From: Halocafeteria seosinensis
Lineage: Eukaryota
NCBI GenBank assembly: GCA_001687465.1
Contig: LVLI01000314.1
Span: 1-64,000 of the forward strand
Direction: 5' to 3'
Length of the DNA: 64,000 nucleotides
Position numbers and translations under genes: made by a program. How positions within the stretch are numbered: position 1 is the first letter of the stretch; each line of letters opens with the position of its first letter. Shown here in pieces: positions 1-11,660 of the stretch. The notes below the pieces were generated by a model. It searched no databases and was not told the DNA's origin. It saw nothing but the letters and a program-made list of their open reading frames with translations.

Positions 1-14
1 GCTCTCTGCTACCA

Positions 15-3000
15 TTGCGGCTCAGGTGCGAGTCGCCTCGGCGCTCCTACTGCAGACAACAATCTATTGCACATGCTCGTTCATGGCTTCTGCACCAAAT
101 GCATGCATGTGTAAACCTCCTTGAAAGTAATCGACCCCTCCCGTGGATGCCGTGTATGTGTCTGTGTGGTGACTATAACGAAAGAAGTTCTTTGGATACC
201 TCGATTTCTGCCACGGCAGATGTTGGTTTAGTTGAGTGTTCACGGAGGACACTACCTGTACGGTCATCTGTTGATACATGGCCTTTGATGTCACTAATTT
301 GGCTTGTAATCCTGGGAGTATGTGGTTTGGCTAAAGATCCTTGCAAAATATCGTCACCGGGAAAGCTCAAACAAAGAAATTGCGAAAGACCTCGGCGATT
401 TCTAAGAAATGAACAGCAATCCTTCTTACGGTTTCGACCGGTGTCAGCACTGGCACCTATTATTGTGGGTATGATCTCTGTATCCTCATGGTTGATGGTA
501 GCTAGCGGACACTGGTCAGTGGAACCAACATCTGGTATACAAGGCAGTATGCAGCATTGCTTTCAATACGTGCATTTTGGCTGTGAGAGTCCAACTCATG
601 TAAATTGCACCGTGGTTGATACGGAAGGCTGTGGTCAGGAGGTTGATGCACACATTTCCCTTCATGCCAGCGATGATCCAAATACTCATGAAGCAAGCGT
701 CGTCGTTGAATTGGGAGAGACTGAAGGCTTCCGAAATTTGTTTATCCTTAGAGTTATGGGCCATGACCATATTCTTGAACCTGCAAATAAATTGCCATGG
801 GCTGAAAATGATCTATCAGGAAGTGGATTTGTTGTTCGAGGAATACAAACTTGTAGAATGTGGTTTAGCATGGAGTCGTGTATTTTCGCAGCGGATTTCA
901 ACAGTGTGAGGTTGCAAAGGACTCTACTGACTCTACAAGATTGTTCACAATGGAGACCACAACGTATTGATTGCTTCATGTACTACCTGATCCTCGAACC
1001 GTATTGTATAAGGGACAGAGGTTTATCGGCCATCGATAGTGCCATCCAGTTTACGTTTTCGAATCCGCCAAGTGTTTCGGCTCTCGAAGATATTGCAGTA
1101 GAACCTGGACCTCCCTCTAGTGGCTCGCTGCTCAACGGGACAGTGTCAATGGACTGGGTCCGGAGTGCTCGGGATTTTTCTCTTTTCGTTTCTTCTGGAC
1201 GTATTGAGATAGATTTTGTTGGTCGTGTAAATATCGTCAAAAGTTCCGCATCTACTAGAGCAGCCTGGAAAACCCACAGCCCTGGTGCCTGGAGTTCGGA
1301 AGCAACATTACGGAACGCGTTTCCTCTGCGAGAAGACTCGTTGCACATCTCTAAAACTTCATGTTTCCTTTTTGGCGCACCTCTTGTGGTTGGAAACAAT
1401 GAGCACTCTGAGGGAATCAGCATCAAATCCCAAATCCTAAGTATACTAAGCATAGCCGTTTTTGGTGTAGTCGCCCACGGCTTTATTTCCATAATGGTGC
1501 TAGTGGATGACAACAAGACGCAAGCAAATGATTCACCGGCTGAAGTGGACGTATACCACTGTACATCGCAGAATATCTCCTGGTATAGTAAAGGGAAAGA
1601 TGAGATTGGTGATTTCGATGCAGTCTGCGTGAGGCCTAGACGTCGTAAAATCCACTCCCGCTTAATGGCGTTTGGACCAGTCTTACTATGTCTAATCGCT
1701 TTGTTCGCTTCGGTGATACTCCCTGGAGAAGTGACTTCCGACGATTTGCGAGACAGTGTCTTAGATGGCAATGAAACTTGTTTTCAGTATTTCCCCGATG
1801 GCAATCTCTTCCAAATGAACTGCACTGTCCTCAACTGGGAGGACCATCACTACGATGCTAACACTTACATTTCCCTGAAGGCAGGTGAAACGTTTGACGG
1901 TGGTGGTCGCGACGGAAAGATCATTGACTTGGAGGGAACTGTAGACTTCCATGGATTGATCACGATTGAGAATGATGGCATTGAATCCTTGGATGAAGCT
2001 CCCTCGATTCGGAATGTCCATGTCAAGAATGGCAACACTGCAGAGGGGGGTGGATTTATTGTTCAACAAGGTCAAAAATATTTTATCGTGGATGCATGTA
2101 GCTCAACAGGGGAAATCACGAACACTTGGGCTGGTGGTATATGTGGCCGGGATGCCGGTCACAACGGAGGCCACATCAAGATGTCGAATTCCTATTCAAC
2201 AGGGATAATACATGGTTTTAGAGCAGGTGGTATCACAGGACGATTTGCAGGAAAAAGTGATGGGACTGTGAATATCACCCGATGTTATTCCACAGGGAGG
2301 ATTCAAAAAGCTCAGGCAGGTGGTATCTGCGGAGACGATGCAGGTTGGGACAATGGGCATGTGTATATCACACAGTCGTATTCCACAGGAGATATTCGTG
2401 GACGCCACAGTGGTGGTATAGTGGCGGATGATACCCCACGGAGTGGCGGTGAACTGCATATTAGAGATTGTTATTCACAAGGAAATATTGAAGGTGAACG
2501 AGCAGGAGGGATTACAGGGGGGCTCACAGGTGGGGGAGGGAATGAAGTAACAGCATCAGGCGATGTCTACATAACGAATACGTATGCTTCCGGTGTTATC
2601 AGTCATCCCGATGGTGGTGGAATCATTGGGCATATACATGAGGACGCAAGTGGTGTTATCAACGTGCAATATTCGGTGTATAATGGCGAAAATGGAGACG
2701 AAAATCCCAATCTCGTAGGAGACGACCAATCTTCTAGCAATTGTTCTAGGTGTGTTTTGACCGAGAAGGGCAATTCGGACACTTTGGATGATATACGAGG
2801 GCAGCTGTATCATCATGAGGGTGTCCAGAAATGGGATAATGAAACCTGGGCTCTCAATGGAAGCGATAATCTGCCAATACTGCGCTTTCAGCTACTGCAA
2901 TCGTTGACAGAATCTAGTCCAACTCCGAGCCCAACAGCATCAAGATCCCCGTCGGCAAGTGGAACACCATCGAAATCTCCATCGTCGAGTGTAACACCGT

Positions 3001-3218
3001 CCCGATCGTCGACCAGTGACTCCCCGTTAATGCAAACGTCTCCAGCAGCTTCAATGAACCCTTCAAGGGTCGCTCCAATCAAGTCTTCTTCATTCAATTC
3101 TTCATCAGTGCGTGACACATCAGTTTCGAAATCTTCGGTGCGCATGAAGGGTCTACAGCTTGGGACGCGAAGTATCAATGCTCCTGTAAGAAGTCGTCGC
3201 TGCAAGAATCAGGAATAA
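15..3218 (+). CDS. Large intronless membrane/surface protein with GLUG-like Gly-rich repeat (beta-helix-type) domain and Ser/Thr/Pro-rich tail; start uncertain
   Basis: 1067-codon open frame. Six approx. 31-aa repeats of the form (Y/S)STGxI...(A)GGI(C/T/V/I)G at about 2095-2640. Four hydrophobic segments in the N-terminal half. SPTPSPTASRSPS mucin-like tail. First in-frame ATG at 99. Confidence 0.7.
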   Translation: MRLRCESPRRSYCRQQSIAHARSWLLHQMHACVNLLESNRPLPWMPCMCLCGDYNERSSLDTSISATADVGLVECSRRTLPVRSSVDTWPLMSLIWLVILGVCGLAKDPCKISSPGKLKQRNCERPRRFLRNEQQSFLRFRPVSALAPIIVGMISVSSWLMVASGHWSVEPTSGIQGSMQHCFQYVHFGCESPTHVNCTVVDTEGCGQEVDAHISLHASDDPNTHEASVVVELGETEGFRNLFILRVMGHDHILEPANKLPWAENDLSGSGFVVRGIQTCRMWFSMESCIFAADFNSVRLQRTLLTLQDCSQWRPQRIDCFMYYLILEPYCIRDRGLSAIDSAIQFTFSNPPSVSALEDIAVEPGPPSSGSLLNGTVSMDWVRSARDFSLFVSSGRIEIDFVGRVNIVKSSASTRAAWKTHSPGAWSSEATLRNAFPLREDSLHISKTSCFLFGAPLVVGNNEHSEGISIKSQILSILSIAVFGVVAHGFISIMVLVDDNKTQANDSPAEVDVYHCTSQNISWYSKGKDEIGDFDAVCVRPRRRKIHSRLMAFGPVLLCLIALFASVILPGEVTSDDLRDSVLDGNETCFQYFPDGNLFQMNCTVLNWEDHHYDANTYISLKAGETFDGGGRDGKIIDLEGTVDFHGLITIENDGIESLDEAPSIRNVHVKNGNTAEGGGFIVQQGQKYFIVDACSSTGEITNTWAGGICGRDAGHNGGHIKMSNSYSTGIIHGFRAGGITGRFAGKSDGTVNITRCYSTGRIQKAQAGGICGDDAGWDNGHVYITQSYSTGDIRGRHSGGIVADDTPRSGGELHIRDCYSQGNIEGERAGGITGGLTGGGGNEVTASGDVYITNTYASGVISHPDGGGIIGHIHEDASGVINVQYSVYNGENGDENPNLVGDDQSSSNCSRCVLTEKGNSDTLDDIRGQLYHHEGVQKWDNETWALNGSDNLPILRFQLLQSLTESSPTPSPTASRSPSASGTPSKSPSSSVTPSRSSTSDSPLMQTSPAASMNPSRVAPIKSSSFNSSSVRDTSVSKSSVRMKGLQLGTRSINAPVRSRRCKNQE

Positions 3219-4114
3219 TTCAGGCCACTGTTTCACTGTAAACAGCCGAAGAGCCAGCTACACGAATTGGCTTATACGTGCAAGAGGACACTAACAACAA
3301 TAACCCCCCAATCCTATTAAGCAATGAACTGCTAGCTGTACTGTACCGAGGGACATGACGGAAACGATTTTACTGTACCAGAGTGTTGGAAGATGGTAGT
3401 GTATAATAGGCTTGATAAAGCATTTTGCATTTTTCCGTGGTAGATTTCTAAAGCGAACATTCTAAGGTGCTCGTTCGCCACAGTCTTCCGGGTCTTTTCG
3501 CAGTTCGCACCGTATGTGTATGGGAGAGGACTGTTACAACCAATTTGCGATGTATCGTACATTGGTGGCTCCCCGTCTGCAGAACTTGGGGAAGCAGCCG
3601 GTACGAATAACTTATTCCCGTTTCGGTTGGCTCCTCGTACAGGGGCTAGATGAGCTCTATCCTGGCTTGAGCCGCTTGACGGTGTCATTAAGAGTATTTA
3701 ATGATGATTAAGGTTAATGCATACATCCTCCAAAGTTTGTGCATCCCAAAGTAGCTCCAAAGTTTGTTTCAAAACGAACAAGCATCGTTGTTCCAGAACT
3801 CAGTCTGACTTAGTTACTCAGAACTGGTGTGCATTGAGATACCCCAGTATACGTCATGTATCACAGTAAATACTCCACAGAAGGGTTCCAATCATTCCAA
3901 TGTCACTCATTTAACAGAAAGTGGTTGTGAAAGTTGTGAAATACCGTAACTTCAACTTCATCAGAGCCCATGTATCGCCTTACTTCGCGTTATACGGAGG
4001 GTCTAGTTCCATTGAAATAGTTGTGTTTTGCATAGGAAAGAGCTAGTCGATGCGCCATGTGGGCTAAGCGTTTGAAGCAACTGGGCAGTGAAGGTGCGTC
4101 GAAGACTTGCAGCG

Positions 4115-7100
4115 ATGCCGCGCCCGTTAAGCGAGTTTATTGAGCATTTTCATGTCTTTAATACAGATGTCCGGACTCGGCTATCTGCTCTCGAGGAGCT
4201 CCATACGTCGCTCCAGAGCCCTGGAGAGAAAGAATCCCAAATACCGGTATGTGAAGGGGAGAAATCGAGCCGTAGTGGTCTGTTTGAACCCCCGAACGCA
4301 TTCTGTGTTATACGCCCATAATGAGGGCATTTCACGTTGTCTAATGTCATGATTTTCTCTTTGTGTATGCTGGGGCAGGATGATTATATTCAAGGAGTGA
4401 CGGCAGAGCTCTCGAAAGCATGTACTGACAACAATTCCAAAGTCATGGAGAAGGCATTTCAATGCATGCCAGCGATTATTAACCAAGTATGGAAGCATAT
4501 AACTGGTTGCATGATGATGTTTTGCTTTTTAGCGCTATGATCTTGTCGCTTACAGCTTGGCGAAGCAGTGCGACACTGCCAAAAGCCGTTCCTTCAGGCA
4601 GCCATCGATGCATTGGGGCATACAAAGGTTCGTCAAGAGTTCGATCCAAAACTAGCATTATGTCCAAGGCACGTTTTTTCCCCCGCTTCTTTTTTGAGTT
4701 TCATTCAGTCTACTGTTAGGGATGCTGCGTGCGAGGCAATGATTGGAATGGCTGCGTCTTGTTGCATAGAAGACGTAGCAAGTAAAATACAGAAACTTCA
4801 TCAACATAAAAATTGGAGGAGCCGCGAACAACTTTGTGTACTCTATGAACGAATGCTCTTTGAAATTGAACTCCCATACCACCGGCTTGCAGCCGAGGGT
4901 CGGGCTGTACTTTCTCAAAGTGATATGATCCATGTGCCAACCAGTTTGTCTCAGGTGAGTTCACCTTTGACATTCGGTTACCAGTGTAGCATCATCTTTA
5001 TACTCTTGGTGTATACAGGCCCTCTCGTTACTAGAAGACGCGCAAGCACCCGTTCGGGAAGCAGCTGTCAGGTGCTTGAGTGCGTTGGTCGCAGTTAAAG
5101 GCCAGAGGATTCTCCAGGAAATAGAACGTCGCAAGGTTAGATTCTTCCTTAGCAAGATCGGTGTTGTTGTGTTACCATCCCTATTACGCGTACTGTCCTT
5201 TAAAGCAGATTAGAAATGGACAACTGGATCGGATCGTCTCGATGTCGAAGACAATGGTGGCGGAGCTTGGTATATCGGCGAATGCGGAAACGAGACAGGG
5301 ACACACGGGTTCTCAAGGAAACGCACCTTCGTCTGGGCTTTCGGGTAGAAATGACTACGAAGGGACGAGTTGTGATTCCGCCAGGAGTAATGATGAAACT
5401 TCAGAGGCACACTCTGTTGGCAAGGCGCCCTCCAAGACCACCGATTACGTCCAGCATGCGTATGATAGCGAACAGATTGATACTGGAATGTATGGCTGTA
5501 CTTTACTCATCGAGCAGCATCATAGTCCGCTGTGGACTCCAGGGGTGATCGGCTTTGCAGGCATCGCAGGACAAATAGCTCCGTTGCAGCTTAAGGGCCC
5601 AGAGCACCTTCGAAACCAAGTAGAGGAGGTGCTTAGAAATCTCGGGCCCACTAGGTCAACTGATTGGAAGGCTCGCTGTGATGCAATTTCTAAATTTCGT
5701 GGAATAATAGCGGCTGGAAAAGGAAACTCAAGTGAAGTACTTACAGTGGCCAAACCATTAAGGGAAGCACTTGCCGAGCAGGTATCCGATTTACGATCTC
5801 AAATAGTTAAAGTTGGGTGTTGTGCCGTAGCTGAGTTGTCAGCAGCAATGAGGGGTGATTTTGAGGGCTTTGCTGGCCCAATAGTGAGCAATCTGTTGAA
5901 ATTGGTCATCAACAGTGTTTCAGTAATGGCATGCAGTGGCCATGAAGCTATTTTGACCATCATTCACAACGCTCCCTCAGGGTACCACCGCCTGGTCCCG
6001 CTGATATGCAAGCATATTCGCAACAGCCGGAGTGCCAAGCTTAGAAGCTGCTGTGGAGAGTACCTACTTAACATTACGCGTGGATGGTCTAGAAGTGTGC
6101 TTGAGAAACATTGGGAGCTATTAGCCGGTTCAATAAGATCGCTAATAGAAGATGCGGACGAAGATGCCAGAAAATTGGGTAGATTACTATTCTGGAGTTA
6201 TTCAACGATGTTTCAACACGAATCAAAGGCATACATTTTTGATCATCTGGACTCAACAGCTCAAAGGCTTATTCAACAAAACGAGGATGAAGCTCGACAG
6301 TACGCCACAGAAGCTCTCCGGCGCAGTGTAACCGAGATTCCTGCCGGATCAGTACTCACAGACGAAGTCACCGTTCATACGTCGGTCAGGAGGCAGCAAC
6401 CCCGAGAAATAAATGGAGACAAACTTCAAGCAAACGGGACGTTTCAGAAAAAACGCGTTCCGGTCGCAGTTGCAGAAGTACAGGACGAAAATGTCTATCA
6501 CGATGACGTTGGTTCACTTTCGTTCCACAACGTGGTTCAACAAGCTCGGGATGCCTCGGAAGGTCCTTCAATTGCCACAAAAGCGAGCAATGGATTCCAC
6601 GAGAACAAAGAGTCTCCAGAAGATCAAAGGATGGAGTTAAAGGAGCGCGCCTTTGAGGAAGTAGGGCAAATGTGTTCTCTGCTGGAAAGTGGCGAGTTCC
6701 AAGCGAAGCATAGAGCTGCCACGAGTTTGTCTAGGATAGCTCAGTTTTGCCGGTCTTCAGTTTCGTCAAAGAGCAGTGCAGAAATTGAGGCTTATCGGGA
6801 TGCTCTGTCCGTTCAGGGATGCCGGATTATGAACTCACTCGCGTATGTTCTCCGTAGCTCCAACACTGAAAGCTCCGCCAACCTCGACCTTTTAGTGGCG
6901 TTGGATGCACTCCTAAAGTGTCCCTTTGTGGTCCGTAGTTTTAGCGTTCAAAGCAAAGACGGAAGAAACTGGATGGAAGTGCTCCGAGAATTAATATCCC
7001 CGATCCTTCAGTGGAGTACAGAAGATGACGAGAGATTGGCTTCTACCGCCGCCGATGTTTTGAAACAGTGTTTTCTCGCTGTCGGCGTGGAAGACTTCGT

Positions 7101-8469
7101 CCCTGCGATCCTCGACTTTTTGAGGAGCAATAACGGGATTGAGAATGCTACTCTTGAACTTTTGCGTGTCATTATTTCGACCCCTCCAGGCCAGTTATAT
7201 TTTTGCAGCGAATCTGCAGAAGCCAATGAGAACCATATGCTGAGCTTGATGAATGGTTGTGCAATGATGGCTCAAGAGCTGCATCAAGGTGGAGTACCAG
7301 GGTTGAGGAACCTTATGGAAAACTTGCATCGTGTGAACAGAGATTGCTTTACAAGCGCGATTTTTAAATTACCAAGTGAACCTCAAAGTCGGTTACTAAT
7401 GTTCTTAGAGACTTACGCCAACCACATATATCATTCCATTCAGCCCCATCGGCGAGCCCGCCCGGGTGGTTCTTCCGAATCCCCCCAAAATCCAGGGGTT
7501 GCTCGGCAGGTGGGGGAAACCAGCGACTCTGTCCGTAGGGCACCTTCTGCAGCTGACTCCGTCAGGATGACTCCTCGAACCGAACCGGATGGAAACGCCA
7601 CATCGGCGGGTGTAACTCCACAGTCAAACGTTCCTTCATTTTCAGCAGAAGAGCTGATTCATTCCCAAGGCCAACTAGAAGATACCCTAAATGAGTTATT
7701 CTCCTCTCAGGCTAATCTATTGAAAAGCCTACATCTCGTTGGCCATGTGGTGGTCTCCCGGGATATCAACCGTCAGAAGCTCTGGAAATCAAACAAGGAA
7801 TATATTGTTAAAGCAATTCTATCGACAATGGCACCAAGCATTGCAGCGGCAGACTCCAACCCAACCGCAACAATTTCAGCTGGGCTTGCAATAATTCGCC
7901 GGATATCTCGTTTTCATGCTGAAGACATCAGTGAAGCTAACATGGCCAACATGGTAGTGACAGAGTTATTGCATACGGTCGCCCTTTACCACAGTAATAA
8001 AGAAATTGTATATAGTCTGCAAAAGACGCTGAATGAGCTTGCGGGTGCTTTAGATCCTGTGTATCTTTGTTTAGCCCCTTTTAAACGTTCGCTAATGATG
8101 TTTAAACGTAATACCGGACAGGAACGAGGGGATGCACCTGAAGAAGTCGTTCCAGTGTCCGTGGCTTTAAAGGCATTAAGGGAGATACTTGCCACCCAAG
8201 TAGCAGAGCGCCAGAGACTTAGCCGAGAAGATGTCCTACAATTTGTCCTAGACCCCGCCGATCAGTTCATGTCCGCAGTGCGCAACATTTTCCTTTCCAC
8301 AGTCGCGGACCTGCGGAAGAATCTCGTTCTTGCAATGGTAGAGGTCTGTTTAATATGCGAGGACGAACTGGAACCGGCGTTACAACAAAATCTTTCTGAT
8401 CCACAAAGGAAACTCTTAGCAATATACGTGCAGCGTGCCAAGAGAACTCGTAGTATGGCGAAAGGATGA
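4115..8469 (+). CDS. CLASP: CLIP-associating protein (CLASP), TOG/HEAT microtubule regulator, multi-exon
   Basis: DWKARCDAI...LAEQVSDLRSQIVK CLASP_N/TOG2 signature and C-terminal DLRKNLVLAMVEV...QRKLLAIYVQR motif. N-terminal TOG exons (ATG 4115) are joined by GT-AG introns, e.g. 4248-4378. Confidence 0.88.
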
Positions 8470-8776
8470 ATTCATGGATCCCCTGAAGCAAATACAGAGG
8501 AAAAACACCACCTCCGGGTTGAAGCCGGGGGCGAAACCACTGCCATGGACGAGGAGATCCCCCGAGCTCATTCAAGATCCCCGTAAGACAAATCCGTAAC
8601 TATCGTTTGGGGGAGTAATTGCCACACACTGATCGCTGCTTCGCTATATCGTCCTAGAGAGGCTTTGTGTGAGTCATGACTTGATATTTGACAATTGTAA
8701 GCAGCTTGATCCACTACGGGTGGGGTGTAGGTCCGTTCTACGTCAAGGGCAAGTTAGAATGATCTAGGCAGTATAT

Positions 8777-10660
8777 TTATCGCTCAAGAAGGGACACGCC
8801 ACCATCTTCTTTGGATCTATTGATCGCAAGGGGAAGTCTGTTGCTCTTGCCTAGGTTCTGGTTCCCTTCGTAGTGCGAACCGCGTTCCTCGTAGTTCAGA
8901 GAACCGATCGCATCCCATGCTACATAAGGTGCTTCTGTGTCCGTGTCAGTGACCGTAGCATGCTTCCTTCTTCGACGGTAGTAAACAACTGAGCCGATAA
9001 TTAGAGCGATGCCGGCTACGCTGCCACAAACTATACCAGCTATCTGACCTGGCGTTAGGCCGGACGAATTGCCTTGCCCGTAGCCAAATACGACGACATT
9101 TAACGGTTCATGGAAATTTCTAAAGCAGCTCAAAAACACGTCCGTTCTCCCATCATTGTTAATGTCGCCCAGCGCAGAAGGGTTGTACAGGATGCCGTCT
9201 CCGTCACAATCCAAACGGAACACTGAGTCACTGTTTAAGGTGGACATATTGGTGTGCGCGGGGAATCCTCCTTTTTTTCCCAAGAGAATGTAAAAACTAA
9301 GGGTGGTAGGATAAGTTACGGCACCCATCAATAGATCAGCTGTACCGTCACCGTTGAAATCCCCAATCCCCATGGTCGACTTCATTGTTGATTTATCCTT
9401 GAAACCAAAGCTGGAACCATTTTTTCCGTCCACCACAGATGGGTCTACTTTGGCAGAAAACTTTCCCGACTTGCCATACAATATTGTTACTATTTTCGTC
9501 TCAATACTAACGGGTCCTAAGAGAAGGACTATGTCATCTACACCATCATTGTTGACATCCCCTGCAGGGCCTGCACCCAGAATTGTGTACGCGTCCTGCT
9601 TGGATTTAATGGCGAAACCAGTGTTTGCTCCATCAAGCCCGCCGAGGTCTATAGTTTTCTCAAATGGTTCCGCACTCCCAAAAACAATATACGCTGTGCT
9701 ATCAGAATACAGGCCTACATCCGGTAGTCCATCTCCATTGACATCTCCAGGGCTAAACGGATAAGGTCGTAATCCTGCTCCTGATATGTGAACTCCACTT
9801 GTACCATCCACGTAATCCGTCAGTACCAATGTGGAGGGAAAATCTTTCCTCCCAAAGATGACGTAGCCTCCAGCACCGGAACTGTCTGAGTACACGAGTA
9901 CAAGGTCGTCAATACCGTCCCCATTGAAGTCTCCAATAGACTCTCCTCCTCCTGGTCCTCTCAGTAAGGCATAATAGTCATCGCCAGATACGTCGTGACG
10001 AAGCAATATTTGCGTAGTCAAGCTGACATTTCTTGGTGGACTGGAACCCTTTCCGAAGTTGACATTCAGTGTATGTTGTTTTCTTCCAAACAGAATGTAC
10101 GTCAAGATCTCGTATTCAGAATAGTAATAGTCGTCGTTGTACTGGATGACATCGTCGCCACGGTAGAGTGTGTCATCAAAACCATCACCATTTATATCTC
10201 CTATAGGACCACTTCCATAGCCATGTCTTTCCCGCCAGTCATCATCATCTAAGTGCTGGGATTCACGTTGTACATACCAATCACATTTCCAACGAGAAAC
10301 GGAAAGTGTGTCTGGGAAGGAAGAGTCTCGGCCAAGGTACAGGAACGTGCGGACTGTTGCATCAAAATTATGAACAAACGCAAAGTCGTCGATGGAGTCT
10401 CCATTAACATCGCCCACGGGTTTGACCTCCACGAGCTCTGCGCCTTCCCCACTCAGCTCTGTCGTGGTCACCGTGAACCCTTTGGACCCCGAAATGTCTG
10501 CCAAGGATACGTCAGTGTCAGAGTCCCCCTTCACCGTTTCGACATGGCATGCTACCAGCAGGAGAGTAGCAATGCATCTAAAGATCATGTAATTTCTTTG
10601 CGTGGTAGAGCGCGGAGGAGCCGCCGCATCCACGCGCATCGCGCTAGGACGCTGCGCCAT
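8777..10660 (-). CDS. FG-GAP (integrin-alpha-like beta-propeller) type I membrane protein
   Basis: Seven Ca-binding GD(V/I/F)NxDxxxD repeats, signal-like MIFRCIATLLLVACHVETVKG (alternative ATG 10588), TM helix GQIAGIVCGSVAGIALIIGSVVYY followed by RRRRK. Intronless; the frame is open to 11017. Confidence 0.82.
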   Translation of the reverse strand: MAQRPSAMRVDAAAPPRSTTQRNYMIFRCIATLLLVACHVETVKGDSDTDVSLADISGSKGFTVTTTELSGEGAELVEVKPVGDVNGDSIDDFAFVHNFDATVRTFLYLGRDSSFPDTLSVSRWKCDWYVQRESQHLDDDDWRERHGYGSGPIGDINGDGFDDTLYRGDDVIQYNDDYYYSEYEILTYILFGRKQHTLNVNFGKGSSPPRNVSLTTQILLRHDVSGDDYYALLRGPGGGESIGDFNGDGIDDLVLVYSDSSGAGGYVIFGRKDFPSTLVLTDYVDGTSGVHISGAGLRPYPFSPGDVNGDGLPDVGLYSDSTAYIVFGSAEPFEKTIDLGGLDGANTGFAIKSKQDAYTILGAGPAGDVNNDGVDDIVLLLGPVSIETKIVTILYGKSGKFSAKVDPSVVDGKNGSSFGFKDKSTMKSTMGIGDFNGDGTADLLMGAVTYPTTLSFYILLGKKGGFPAHTNMSTLNSDSVFRLDCDGDGILYNPSALGDINNDGRTDVFLSCFRNFHEPLNVVVFGYGQGNSSGLTPGQIAGIVCGSVAGIALIIGSVVYYRRRRKHATVTDTDTEAPYVAWDAIGSLNYEERGSHYEGNQNLGKSNRLPLAINRSKEDGGVSLLER

Positions 10661-11358
10661 GTCTCCGTCCACGAACGAGAAATACATCGATTTCAGGGTA
10701 GTAAGCGCGAGCAAATGCAATCCCAATGTGTATGACAGATCTCTTTTCCCGGACCAGCTCTCTGTGAACCATGTAGGCATTGCGGGATCGGCTATCGGTT
10801 GAAGATGTGAGCGAAGACGCCGGACCGGTACTTTGCTGCATGCACCCAGGTCACGACTTGAAAGAGTATATTTATCGCTATGTGTCGTAGATAAATCCCA
10901 CAGAAATAATGTTCGACGCAAACGACGAAAATGGTCTGCAACTACCGGCACAGGACAGAGTTGAGTGGCTTTACATTCATTGTACATCAGGAGGACGCGC
11001 GCTCCTGATGCGTGCATAGGATTCGTACCAAAGCTACCAGGGTGGATAGTTCATAAGAGGCAAGGTACGAGACAGTGGCTTCCCGGTTAGACCACGCCTT
11101 TATCTTCTCTTTTGCTTTCTTCTTTTCATTGTACCAAGGAATACCTGTTTGAAGTTTCCCGACCTGAAGACCTCTCAGGCTGCGTCACGCATCACCATCT
11201 CTGGCTAAAAAGCAGGACACAAAGAGACGTGTTCGCAGCGCTTCAAGGTTTACGACGGCTCCAACAACGCACCACCACTGGGCGGAAGTGGAAATACAGT
11301 AAGCTACTGTGTTCACTACTATGTATTTCTAGTCGATAGTCATACAGTGTAGTACAGG

Positions 11359-11495
11359 CCGAGGAAAACAATTCGACTTCACTTCATACCACTTACTACT
11401 GTATTACACCCGCAGGCCCTTAAGGGCTGCTCAATATAGTTCCATTCAAATTTACAAGTGCCAAGAAAAACAATTTGACTTCACTTCATACCACT
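11359..11495. repeat. Two-copy 35-bp direct repeat in divergent intergenic region
   Basis: ccgaggaaaacaattcgacttcacttcataccact (11359-11393) vs ccaagaaaaacaatttgacttcacttcataccact (11461-11495). Confidence 0.8.
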
Positions 11496-11660
11496 CATTA
11501 TTAGCCCACACGCCCTGAGGCGAGATTCCTCGGATTTTTTCAGAGTTGTTTTGTGAAGTTGAGGTTCCAAAGGAAACCCAGGAGGCCACCGAAGGCTTTT
11601 TGGCTTGTTTGGAGTGTTTCTGTGTCGCATACACGTTCGGAAGTTCATTCGCGTGTAATC

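Noticed and set aside
3728..3767. ctccaaagtttgt repeated twice
   Set aside because: Too short to interpret.
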